Below, in pieces: positions 54,426 to 64,000 of a stretch of DNA of 64,000 nucleotides (position 1 is the first letter of the stretch; each line of letters begins with the position of its first letter). The notes under the pieces are model-generated. The model was not told the origin of the DNA. It ran no database searches and saw nothing but the letters and a program-made list of their open reading frames with translations. This DNA comes from Candidatus Aminicenantes bacterium (GTDB lineage Bacteria; Acidobacteriota; Aminicenantia; Aminicenantales; Saccharicenantaceae). The position numbers and the translations under genes are program-made. The stretch is taken from assembly GCA_963843505.1 (NCBI GenBank), contig CAWJKR010000008.1:465922-529921 (forward strand), given 5' to 3'.

Positions 54426-55004
54426 CTATTTCTGGAGGGACTTGAACCGGAGCTTGCCGAAGATCTCCGGATGGAGGTCGGCGGCGCCCCCCGCGGCCGC
54501 GACGGGCACGGCGATCTCGAAGGTCAGCTCCTTCGGGGGCAGGCACGATTCGTCGTTGCAGGCCTGGTAGCTCAGGGCGCCCTTGAGTGGGTGCGGCCCG
54601 GACGCGCAGCCGACCTTGGCCTTGACGAGCGCGCCCAGGACGACCTCGCCTTCGTAGACGACGAGCTCGGCTTCCGAATAGGAGAAGCGGGCCCGCCGGC
54701 CCCGAGGATAGAGGATCTCGACGATCTCGAAGTCCGGGTCCTCGTCGAAGACGAGGGCGGTCGGGATCATGAACTCGTCGATGGGGGCGTTGTCGTTGAT
54801 GTGGTAGCCGGCCTGGACCTTGAGGATGAGGGCGGCCTTGAAGGTTTCGCCGGGCTTCACGGCGTCGCGCGAGATGAGGCCCTTGGCCTCGACGACCTGC
54901 TCGACGTCCTGGGCGACGCCGGCGGGAGCGGAGATCATCGCCGCGGCGGTGAAAACGAAGACCGCGGCGAGGATCTGAGACATGCCGGACAGGAGTTTCC
55001 TCAT
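54426..55004 (-). CDS. Stand-alone DsbD N-terminal (DsbD-alpha-like) domain protein
   Basis: Signal peptide; [24 protein letters not shown]. Confidence 0.82.
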   Translation of the reverse strand: MRKLLSGMSQILAAVFVFTAAAMISAPAGVAQDVEQVVEAKGLISRDAVKPGETFKAALILKVQAGYHINDNAPIDEFMIPTALVFDEDPDFEIVEILYPRGRRARFSYSEAELVVYEGEVVLGALVKAKVGCASGPHPLKGALSYQACNDESCLPPKELTFEIAVPVAAAGGAADLHPEIFGKLRFKSLQK

Positions 55005-55062
55005 GCTAAAAACCTCGCTGTCAATTAGAGACGTTTGGCCAGGTTTTGTCAACCGATGAAGC

Positions 55063-55135
55063 GGGTCAAACCTATACGTTTTTAATTTTCAGGGTCGGCT
55101 TTGACGGCGGAATTAAAAACGTATAGGTTTGACCC
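55063..55135. repeat. Palindromic REP/REPIN/MITE-like element, copy 2
   Basis: 25-bp perfect arms GGGTCAAACCTATACGTTTTTAATT (55063-55087) and 55111-55135; same right flank GACCCCGTCTTA as copy 1. Confidence 0.88.
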
Positions 55136-57002
55136 CGTCTTACTTCCGGCGGCCTTGCCGCCGGTCGCGCCCTTGACGCCCTCCTCGAAGGGCTCGGTCA
55201 GGATGGGCACGACCCAGCCTTCGGGGCTCTCCTTGTAGGTTTCGATGTCTTCCCTCACGGCCAGGGGGTACTTCAGCGCGTCGAAGCGCCGGTCGAGGTA
55301 GGCGCCGATCCCCTCCGTCTTCGGATAGGGGAACGTGATCCAGGCGCTGCGGTCGTAATAGACGCTCCCGGCCTTGACCGGCAGCATCCGGGTCTGGTTG
55401 TTCGTGGCGAACGAATAGACGTACCCCCTCGACACGTAGTACCACGGCCCGTTCTGGATGTAGAGGAACGGCTCCTCGAGCGAGGCCAGCCCGCCGTTGA
55501 GGTTCGGCGTGGCCTGGTCCAGGTACAGGGCCGCGAAGCCGATGCCCTTGGCCTCGTCGAAGAAGCTGACCCACGGCGTGTCCGGCCGGAGCACGGCCGC
55601 GTGGTCCGGATGCATCTTGGACGTCGCGAAATCCAGGATCTCCGTCCGCCCGCCCTCCTTGAACGCCGCCTTGGTGAAGACGGCCTTGTTGAACACGACC
55701 TCGGCGTCGCGCAGGGCCATGACGAACGTGTCCTTGCCGACCGTCGTGACCGACTCGACCGTCACCGACCGGCGACCCCGCGTAGAAATGATACCGGATG
55801 CCGATGTCGACGCCCTCGGGCTGCGGCAGCTTCCCCTTGAGATTGAGCGAGTAGAAGACCGGCCCGGCGACCTCCGTCGCCTCCGGGTCCGTCCAGTCGG
55901 AGCTGTGGTACCAGGCGTGGGGCGGCGCGTAGACGTCCGGGTTCCAGTGGATGGCGCCGTTCGTCTCGAGCTTGTGCTCGAGCTTGATCCCCGTCGACTT
56001 CTCGACGATCTCGTAGATGACGCCGCTCGTCTCGTGGAGCACGATCTTATAGAACGCGTTCTCGACCGTCCGGCCGAGTCCCTTGCCCTTCGTCACCGCC
56101 AGGTCGGTTACATAGGCCGGCTTCGGCGCCGCCGGGTTGTCATAGAAGACGATGTAGGTGGCCTTCGCCCCGGCCTCGACGTCGGCCAGGAAAGCGACGC
56201 TGAACGACGTCGTCGGGTGGTAGCGGACGACCCGCTCGCCCGTCGCCGCGTCTTTCTCCTCGACGGCCAGGATCTTCGGGTCGTTCCAGGTGACGACGTC
56301 GTACACCTGGCTGGGGATCTCCTTGTAAACGACGTCCTTTCCGTCCCTCTCCGCCCTGACCACCCGCACCTCGTCCGGCGATCGCAGGTAGCTCGCCAGG
56401 ATCCCGATCGTGGCGTGGACGGGATAGCCCGTCCGGGCGAAGCCGTGCTCCTCCGACACGACGAGCGACATGTAGCTCTTCCAGGCCGGGTCCCAATAGC
56501 CCTTTCCGGCCGGGGCGCGTCCCCGACGCCTCGAGGACCTGGATATCGCCCGACTCTCGGTTCGACGAGCTGGACCTTCATCCTCGTCTCGGCCCCGGGC
56601 CGCCAGACGTGCCGGGCCTTGACCTCGAAGGCGAGCTTCCCGCCCGCCGCCTTGACGCGCGTGCCTGTCGATCTCGCGGCCGCCCTGATAGACGAGGAAG
56701 TCCCGTGACCCGCGCGCCGTCGACCTCGACCCGGTCGACGCTCCAGGCGGCGCTTCTCGAGGCCGGCCGGCAGCGTCCGGCTGCCGCCAGGGCGCACTTG
56801 ACGAAATACCACGGCTCGCCCGCGACCGGGTAGCCGAACTCGGGGCCCGCCGCGTCGGACGGGGCGCCGGCGCTCGGCCGGGCGATCGAGCCGCCGCCGC
56901 CCTCGCCCGCGCCCGAGGGCGCTTTCCCGCACCCGGGCATCAGCCCCAAGCCCGCAACGGCCACCGCGACGCCGGCGAAAAACAGAAACGTCCCCATTTT
57001 TT

Positions 57003-57006
<4 letters not shown>
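55082..57006 (-). CDS. Large hypothetical lipoprotein, beta-rich; frameshifted, stop at 55082 or 55140
   Basis: MKKMGTFLFFAGVAVAVAGLGLMPGC; coding-like segments continue over several frames; ATG overlaps the symporter stop. Confidence 0.65.
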
Positions 57007-58787
<1,781 letters not shown>

Positions 58788-58790
58788 GGG

Positions 58791-58958
58791 TTATCGCCTG
58801 GCCCGGAAGATGAGCGCGCCGACGAGGAGGAACACGGCCGCGAGCAGGAGGACCGTCACCCGCTCGGCCGCCGTGTCGCAGAACAGGATCCCGAACAGCG
58901 CGAGCGGCAGGCCGACGCCCCAGAACCCCAGGGCCATCGGCCGGTATTCTTTTTTCAT
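58791..58958 (-). CDS. Small two-TM membrane protein (55 aa), not in the ORF track
   Basis: MKKEYRPMALGFWGVGLPLALFGILFCDTAAERVTVLLLAAVFLLVGALIFRARR*; ends 3 nt before the symporter ATG. Confidence 0.7.
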   Translation of the reverse strand: MKKEYRPMALGFWGVGLPLALFGILFCDTAAERVTVLLLAAVFLLVGALIFRARR

Positions 58959-58969
58959 CCCGTCCAGGA

Positions 58970-59019
58970 TCCAAAAAGAAGGGACCGGGTCTTCGCATCC
59001 GCGAAAACCAGGTCCCTTC
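58970..59019 (-). terminator. Putative intrinsic terminator after the USP gene
   Basis: Imperfect stem GAAGGGACC.GGT.TTCGC / GCGAA.ACC.GGTCCCTTC followed by a T-tract on the minus strand. Confidence 0.55.
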
Positions 59020-59025
59020 CGATGA

Positions 59026-59893
59026 TCACTTCATCCGCGGGAGGGCGAAGACGGGCACGCGGCTGTGGGCGATGACCTTCTCGGTCGTGCTGCCGAGGAA
59101 GAAGCGGGCCAGCCGCTTCACGGTCGTCGACATGACGATGAGGTCGAAGTGCTTCGTGCCGGCGTAATCGATGATGCCCTCCCAGGCGTGCACGGCCTTG
59201 ACGACGTCCTCGCCGATCTCGACGGCCTTGTGCTCCCGTTTCTTGCGGGCCTGGAGCTTCTTGAGGACGGAGTCGAACATCTGGTCGGTCAGCCGGAAGT
59301 CGTGGCCGAAGAGCTCCAGGACGTAGAGGAACGTCAGGCCCGCGCCCAGGGCCTTGCCCAGCCGCCAGGCCTGGTCGCGCTCGATGTCCTCGGCGGCCGT
59401 AGAAATCGGTCGGGACGAGGATCTTCTTGATCGGCTGGACTTTGGCGTCGGTCCCCTTGGTCACCAGCACGGGGACGCAGGAGCTCCGCAGGATCTGGTG
59501 GGTGACGCTGCCGATGAGGTTCTGTTCCTGCCCGGAAACGCCTTTCCGGCCGACGACGATGAGGTCGGCGCCTTCCTTCTTGGCCGTCTTGACGATGATC
59601 TTGGCGGCCGAGCCCTCGGCGATGACGACCTTGGTCGGGCAGATGCCCTGGGTCTCGCACATGCGGTCGAGCTTGACCTTGGCCGAGACCTTGCTGGCCT
59701 CGATCTGCCCGGCGAGCTCCGCCTGCACTTCGGGCCAGGCCTCGTAGAGGACCGGCGCGAAATCGGGGACGACGTGGAGGGCGGTCAGCTTGGCCTTGAA
59801 GGTCTTGGCGAAGAGATCGGCGTAGGCCAGGGCTTCCTTCGACTCGTCGGAGAAGTCCGTGGCCCAGAGGACGTGCTTGATGGGTTGCGTCAT
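59026..59893 (-). CDS. Tandem universal stress protein (two USP domains); frameshift near 59400
   Basis: KHVLWATDFS, DLIVVGRKG, IGSVTHQIL, KILVPTDF, FLGSTTEKVI. Confidence 0.9.
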
Positions 59894-60007
59894 GAGGTTC
59901 TCTCCTTCCTTCGCATATCGGCGGTCTTCGGGAGCCCCGTCGCGTTCTGTCCCCAGTTTACACAGGACGGCGCGAAAAGGGAAGAGGAGTCCCTCTCCAA
60001 AAAAAGG

Positions 60008-60046
60008 TTGACAAATCAATTAACTGTATTATATTATTAGTACAGT
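60008..60046 (+). promoter_or_regulatory. sigma70 promoter with overlapping YtrA-type operator
   Basis: TTGACA (60008-60013), TATATT/TATTAT -10; inverted repeat ACTGTA-N12-TACAGT (60023-60046) directly upstream of the GntR/YtrA gene. Confidence 0.8.
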
Positions 60047-60061
60047 AATACGGAGGCGACG

Positions 60062-60472
60062 GTGCTGATCAAAGTCGACACGGGCGCGTTCGTGCCCCTC
60101 TACGAACAGGTCAAGACGGAGATCCGGCGGCTGGCCGCGCTCGGCGCGGTCAAGCCGAACGACCCGCTGCCGTCGATCCGTGAGCTCGCCGCGGAGGTCC
60201 TGGTCAATCCCAACACCGTGGCCCGGGCTTATCGCGAGCTCGAACAGGAAGGCCTGATCTACACGCAGAAAGGCCGCGGCTCCTTCCTGTCCGCCCGGCG
60301 CGAACGGGGCCTGGACCGGAGAGGCGGCCGAGGCCACCTGGGCCGGAGGATGGACGAGACCGTCCGGGAGGCCGGGACGTTCGGGTTGGGGCCCGCGGAG
60401 ATCCGGAGGCTCGTCGACGACAGCCTGCGCCGCTTCAAGGGCGCCGGGCGCACGGGAGGCGGGAATGAGTGA
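60062..60472 (+). CDS. GntR-family (YtrA subfamily) regulator
   Basis: PLYEQV, LPSIRELA, VNPNTVARAYRELE, GRGSF. Confidence 0.92.
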   Translation: MLIKVDTGAFVPLYEQVKTEIRRLAALGAVKPNDPLPSIRELAAEVLVNPNTVARAYRELEQEGLIYTQKGRGSFLSARRERGLDRRGGRGHLGRRMDETVREAGTFGLGPAEIRRLVDDSLRRFKGAGRTGGGNE

Positions 60473-61348
60473 GCTGCTCAAGGTCGAACGGCTCTCCAAG
60501 GGGTTCGGCGGCGGGCCGTCATCCGGGACGTCGGCTTCACGGTCGAGCCGGGCCGGGTCTACGGGCTCCTGGGCCGGAACGGCGAGGGGAAGACGACGCT
60601 CATCCGGACGATCATGGGCGTCATCCCTCGCGACGCCGGCGTCATTTCCTTCAAAGGGCGGCCGGTGACGTACGGCGACGCGGACTACAAGCGGGCGATC
60701 GGCTATGTGCCCGAGGACTCTTTCTTTTACGGCGGCATGTCCGTCGCGGCCCTCCTCGCGTTCAACGGCCGGTTCTTCCCGAAGTGGGACCCGAAGAAAG
60801 CCGAGGCCGACGTCGGGCGGTTCGGGCTCGATCCCTCCGCCAAGGTCCGGACGCTGTCCCGGGGCCAGAAGCTGAAGCTGGCCGTCGTCGCGGCCCTGGC
60901 CGCCGAGCCCGAGCTCCTCATCCTCGACGATCCGACGTCGGGCCTCGATGTCCCGACCCGGCGGGAATTCCTCCGTGACATCATCGGGGAGCTGGCCCGC
61001 GGCGGGACGGCCGTCCTCTTCGCGACCCATCTCGTCCACGAGCTCGAGCGGATCGTCGACCATCTCTTCATCCTTCGCGGCGGCCGGATCGTCCTCGACG
61101 AGCCCTATGACAAGGTCAAGTCCCAGGCGAAGCGCGCCGTCATCGGCTTCACAGGCCAGCCGCCGGAGAGCCTCGAAGTCGGCAACGTCATCGGCCGGAG
61201 GCGGATCGGGCAGGACTGGGAGCTGGTCATCTATCCTTGGAACGAAGCGGTGAACGGATCGCTCCTGGCCCTGAGCGCGGCCCGGCTCGAAGTCGAGGCC
61301 CTCAGCCTCGAGGATATTTTCGCGAGTTTCGTCCAGGACGCGCGGTAG
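60465..61348 (+). CDS. ABC transporter ATP-binding protein (YtrB-like); frameshift near 60515
   Basis: LLGRNGEGKTT, LSRGQ, LILDDPTSGLD, ATH, SLEDIF. Confidence 0.9.
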
Positions 61349-61364
61349 ACGCGGGAGAGCCACG

Positions 61365-63325
61365 ATGTTCAAAACCCTGCTCATCAAGGAATGGAAGGAC
61401 AAGGCCGTCCTGGTCGCCTTCGGCCTGGCGATCATGGGCTTGATGCTGACCGCTTTTCTCGTCTCCGGCGGCGACAAGGATCTCCGCGAGCTCATACCGG
61501 CGACATTTTTGATCTTTTTCTTTCCTGTCTTCGGCGCTATGCTTGGCGCCGGGGCGTTCGAGTCCGAGTTCCGCGACGGGGCCTGGACCTATCTTCTCTC
61601 CCGGCCGGTCCGGAAGGGGACGATCTGGTCGGCCAAGCTCGTTGCCCTCCTGTCGATCCTGGCCGGGTTCTGGCTGGCCTTCATCGGCCTCATGGCGGTC
61701 GTGCCGGGGCTCGGAGAAGTCGTTTCGGGCTTCAAGCTTCCGGAGATGCTCGGGTCAGGGCTCGAGTTTCTGCCCTTGATCCTGCTCAGCTCCCTCTTCT
61801 TTTTTTCGATCGCCTTCTCTCTCTCCATCCTCACGGATAAGCAGCTCAGCCTCGTATTCGGGACGCTTTTTCTTGGCTTGGTCCTGGAAGGCGCTCTGCT
61901 CTTTCTCGCCCTTCCTGGCCGCGGGCGGGGAAATGGAGACCCGGACGGGACGGTTTCTCGTGCTCGGCGTCTTCAATCTGGGCCTTGTCCTTTCGAGCCT
62001 GGCCTTCCTGGCCGCGTCGCGGCTGACCCTCCTCAAGGCGGATTTTTCGCAGCCGAGGAAAAAAGCGAAGGCCTTGGCCATGTGGGGGTTTCTCTTTTTA
62101 GCCGCGGCCTGGGCCTTCTCGGCCGCGTGGCCGGCCCTACGGCCGGGGCCCGCGGAGGAGCTCAGTAGCAGGATAGAGGTCATCGAAGGCGGTGCCTTCT
62201 TCTCCACGACCAAGGGGCTTTATCGTTATGACATCGCCGGCGACAATGGTCAACCGGTTGGTCCACCAGAATCCCTTCGATGGAATATACGCCATGGGGG
62301 GCGGCAAGGTCCTCTACACCGTCTTTAGGCCGAAAGACGAGAAATTCGCGCTTTATGTCCAGAACACGGACGGCTCGGGCCAAAGGCTTCTCGCGGGAGG
62401 CAGTCAGGAGGATCAACACATCCTATCCGGGTTCATGTTCCCTAAGGTCTCCCCTGACGGGAAGACGGCCGTGCTTTTATATGAGGAGAGCTTCGAAACA
62501 TCGGTGCCGACCCATCATGTGTGGTCTCTCGCGTCGATCGGGACCGATGGGACAGGATTGAAGAAGCTGGCGCCCTTCGTTCCGGGCTTGGTCGGCGATG
62601 GAAAGGTGCGCACGCCGCTCGCGATCGTTGCCTGGCTCCCTACACCGGAAAGCCTTCTGATGTGGGGGCGCCCCCGGTCGACCCCGCCCTGGATCACCAT
62701 GCCACCTCACAGCGTATGGCGGTACGATCTGGCGTCCGGGGCCCAAACCAGGATTTTCGAGTCTCCCGGGTCCGTCTCGCTCGTCCCCAACCCGGCCGCG
62801 AACACGGCCATCCTGATCAGCGAAAAGGACGAGGCAGGTCCGATAGATGTGTCGCTCTTGGACCTGGCGACGGGGACTACGACACCCATCACGACCATCG
62901 AGAGGCCCTGGAAGGAATACCTCTGGTCCGCGATCCAACATTCCGCCTGGAGCGGGGATGGGGACAGGGTCGGATTCCTTATCCATCGGGAGGGAGACCT
63001 GTGGGCGCCTGCCGTTTACGCGGGGAAGGAACACCGGTTCGTCACGGGCCCTGACATCCGTCTCGAGGGGTCTCAGGATCGGTATCCCTCTGTATTGGCC
63101 TGGACCGGCGACGGGACAAAGCTTGTCGTTGCCGGGGGCCAAGACCGATCGCTGCGCTTCCTCGGCCCCGACCTGACTCCGGCGAAAGAGGTCCCATTCC
63201 CTCCGGCCGTCGGCGGGCATTTCACGGCTTGTCCGGTGGGCAATGCGGTCCTCGTATCGGATTATTCAAAAGAGGCCGTCTGGCGGCTGGACCTCAAAAC
63301 GGAGAAGTGGAAGAAGATCTTTTAG
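61365..63325 (+). CDS. ABC-2-type permease fused to a C-terminal beta-propeller (TolB-like) domain; frameshifts near 61910 and 62245
   Basis: MFKTLLIKEW, EFRDGAWTYLLSRPV; then VSPDG, AWSGDG, AWTGDG repeats. Confidence 0.72.
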
Positions 63326-63327
63326 CC

Positions 63328-64000
63328 TCAGTACTTCTGCCAGTCCGGCTTGTGCTCGTTGACCCACACGTAGTAATCGGCCATCTTCAGGTCCGAGGCG
63401 GCGTCCTGGTCGATGACGAGGATGGCCCGCGGGTGCATCTGGAGGATCGAGCCGGGGACCATGGCCGTGACCGGCCCTTCGGCCGCGAGCGCGACGGACC
63501 GGGCCTTTTTCTTGCCGAAGGCCAGGAGCAGGCACATCTTGCTGTCCATGATCGTGCCCAGGCCCATCGTCAGGACGTGGGTCGGCACGTTCTCCTCGCC
63601 CCCGAACGCGTCGGCGGCGCCGCGGCGCGTCTCCTCGGTCAGGGTCTTGATGCGCGTCCGCGACGAGAGCGACGACGACGGCTCGTTGAAGCCGATGTGG
63701 CCGTTCATGCCGATGCCCAGGATCTGGATGTCGATGCCGCCGGCCGAGCGGATGGCTTGTTCGTACTTGCGGCAGGCCGCGGGGATATCCGGGGTCATGC
63801 CGTCGGGGATGTTGATCCGCTCCTTGGGCATGTTGATGTGGCTGAAGAGCTGGGCCCACATGTAGCTGTGGAACGAGGACGGGTGGGCCGGCGGGACGCC
63901 GACGTACTCGTCGAGGTTGAAGCCCGTGACGCCGCTGAAGTCGAGCCCCTCTTCCCGGTGCATGCGGACGAGGTTCCGGTAGAGCTGGAGCGGGGTGTTG
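63328..64000 (-). CDS. nagB: Glucosamine-6-phosphate deaminase (5' end outside window)
   Basis: FNLDEYVG, GGIDIQILGIGMNGHIGFNEP, TMGLGTI, EGPVT. Confidence 0.95.
   Translation of the reverse strand, partial: NTPLQLYRNLVRMHREEGLDFSGVTGFNLDEYVGVPPAHPSSFHSYMWAQLFSHINMPKERINIPDGMTPDIPAACRKYEQAIRSAGGIDIQILGIGMNGHIGFNEPSSSLSSRTRIKTLTEETRRGAADAFGGEENVPTHVLTMGLGTIMDSKMCLLLAFGKKKARSVALAAEGPVTAMVPGSILQMHPRAILVIDQDAASDLKMADYYVWVNEHKPDWQKY

Overview
This is a high-GC bacterial chromosomal window. Its gene content (6-bladed propeller, DUF3857/transglutaminase pair, YtrA-ABC with propeller-fused permease, sel genes) suggests Acidobacteriota or Ca. Aminicenantes, but that is inference only. Many single-base indels split otherwise intact genes. 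They look like long-read errors, so gene limits were rebuilt by eye across frames. In order, the window holds: two APC amino-acid permeases; a tautomerase; a ~10 kb convergent locus; namZ; glutamine synthetase; a URO-D-like protein; xylB; a C1 peptidase plus OM barrel; TlpA/CXXC/4Fe-4S genes; class I fumarase; two DUF3857-transglutaminases; an MDR oxidoreductase; two PEGA paralogs; tRNA-Sec; ClC; C45 and S41 peptidases; a MacAB-like exporter with three adaptor proteins; selA-selD-selB; a sodium:solute symporter module; USP; a YtrA-ABC operon; and nagB. The best candidate for an undescribed system is 3433-13699. It pairs two NTT/TLC (ATP/ADP-translocase-family) transporters with two exported Fam20/PI4K-like atypical kinases and an exported SLP-type phosphatase fused to a pseudokinase. 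These face a cytoplasmic STAS / FHA-GAF-PP2C / RsbW partner-switching module, which suggests extracytoplasmic protein phosphorylation fuelled by exported ATP. Also notable are a SelD with an N-terminal FTR-like Cys domain and a dispersed palindromic repeat with a compensatory base change.
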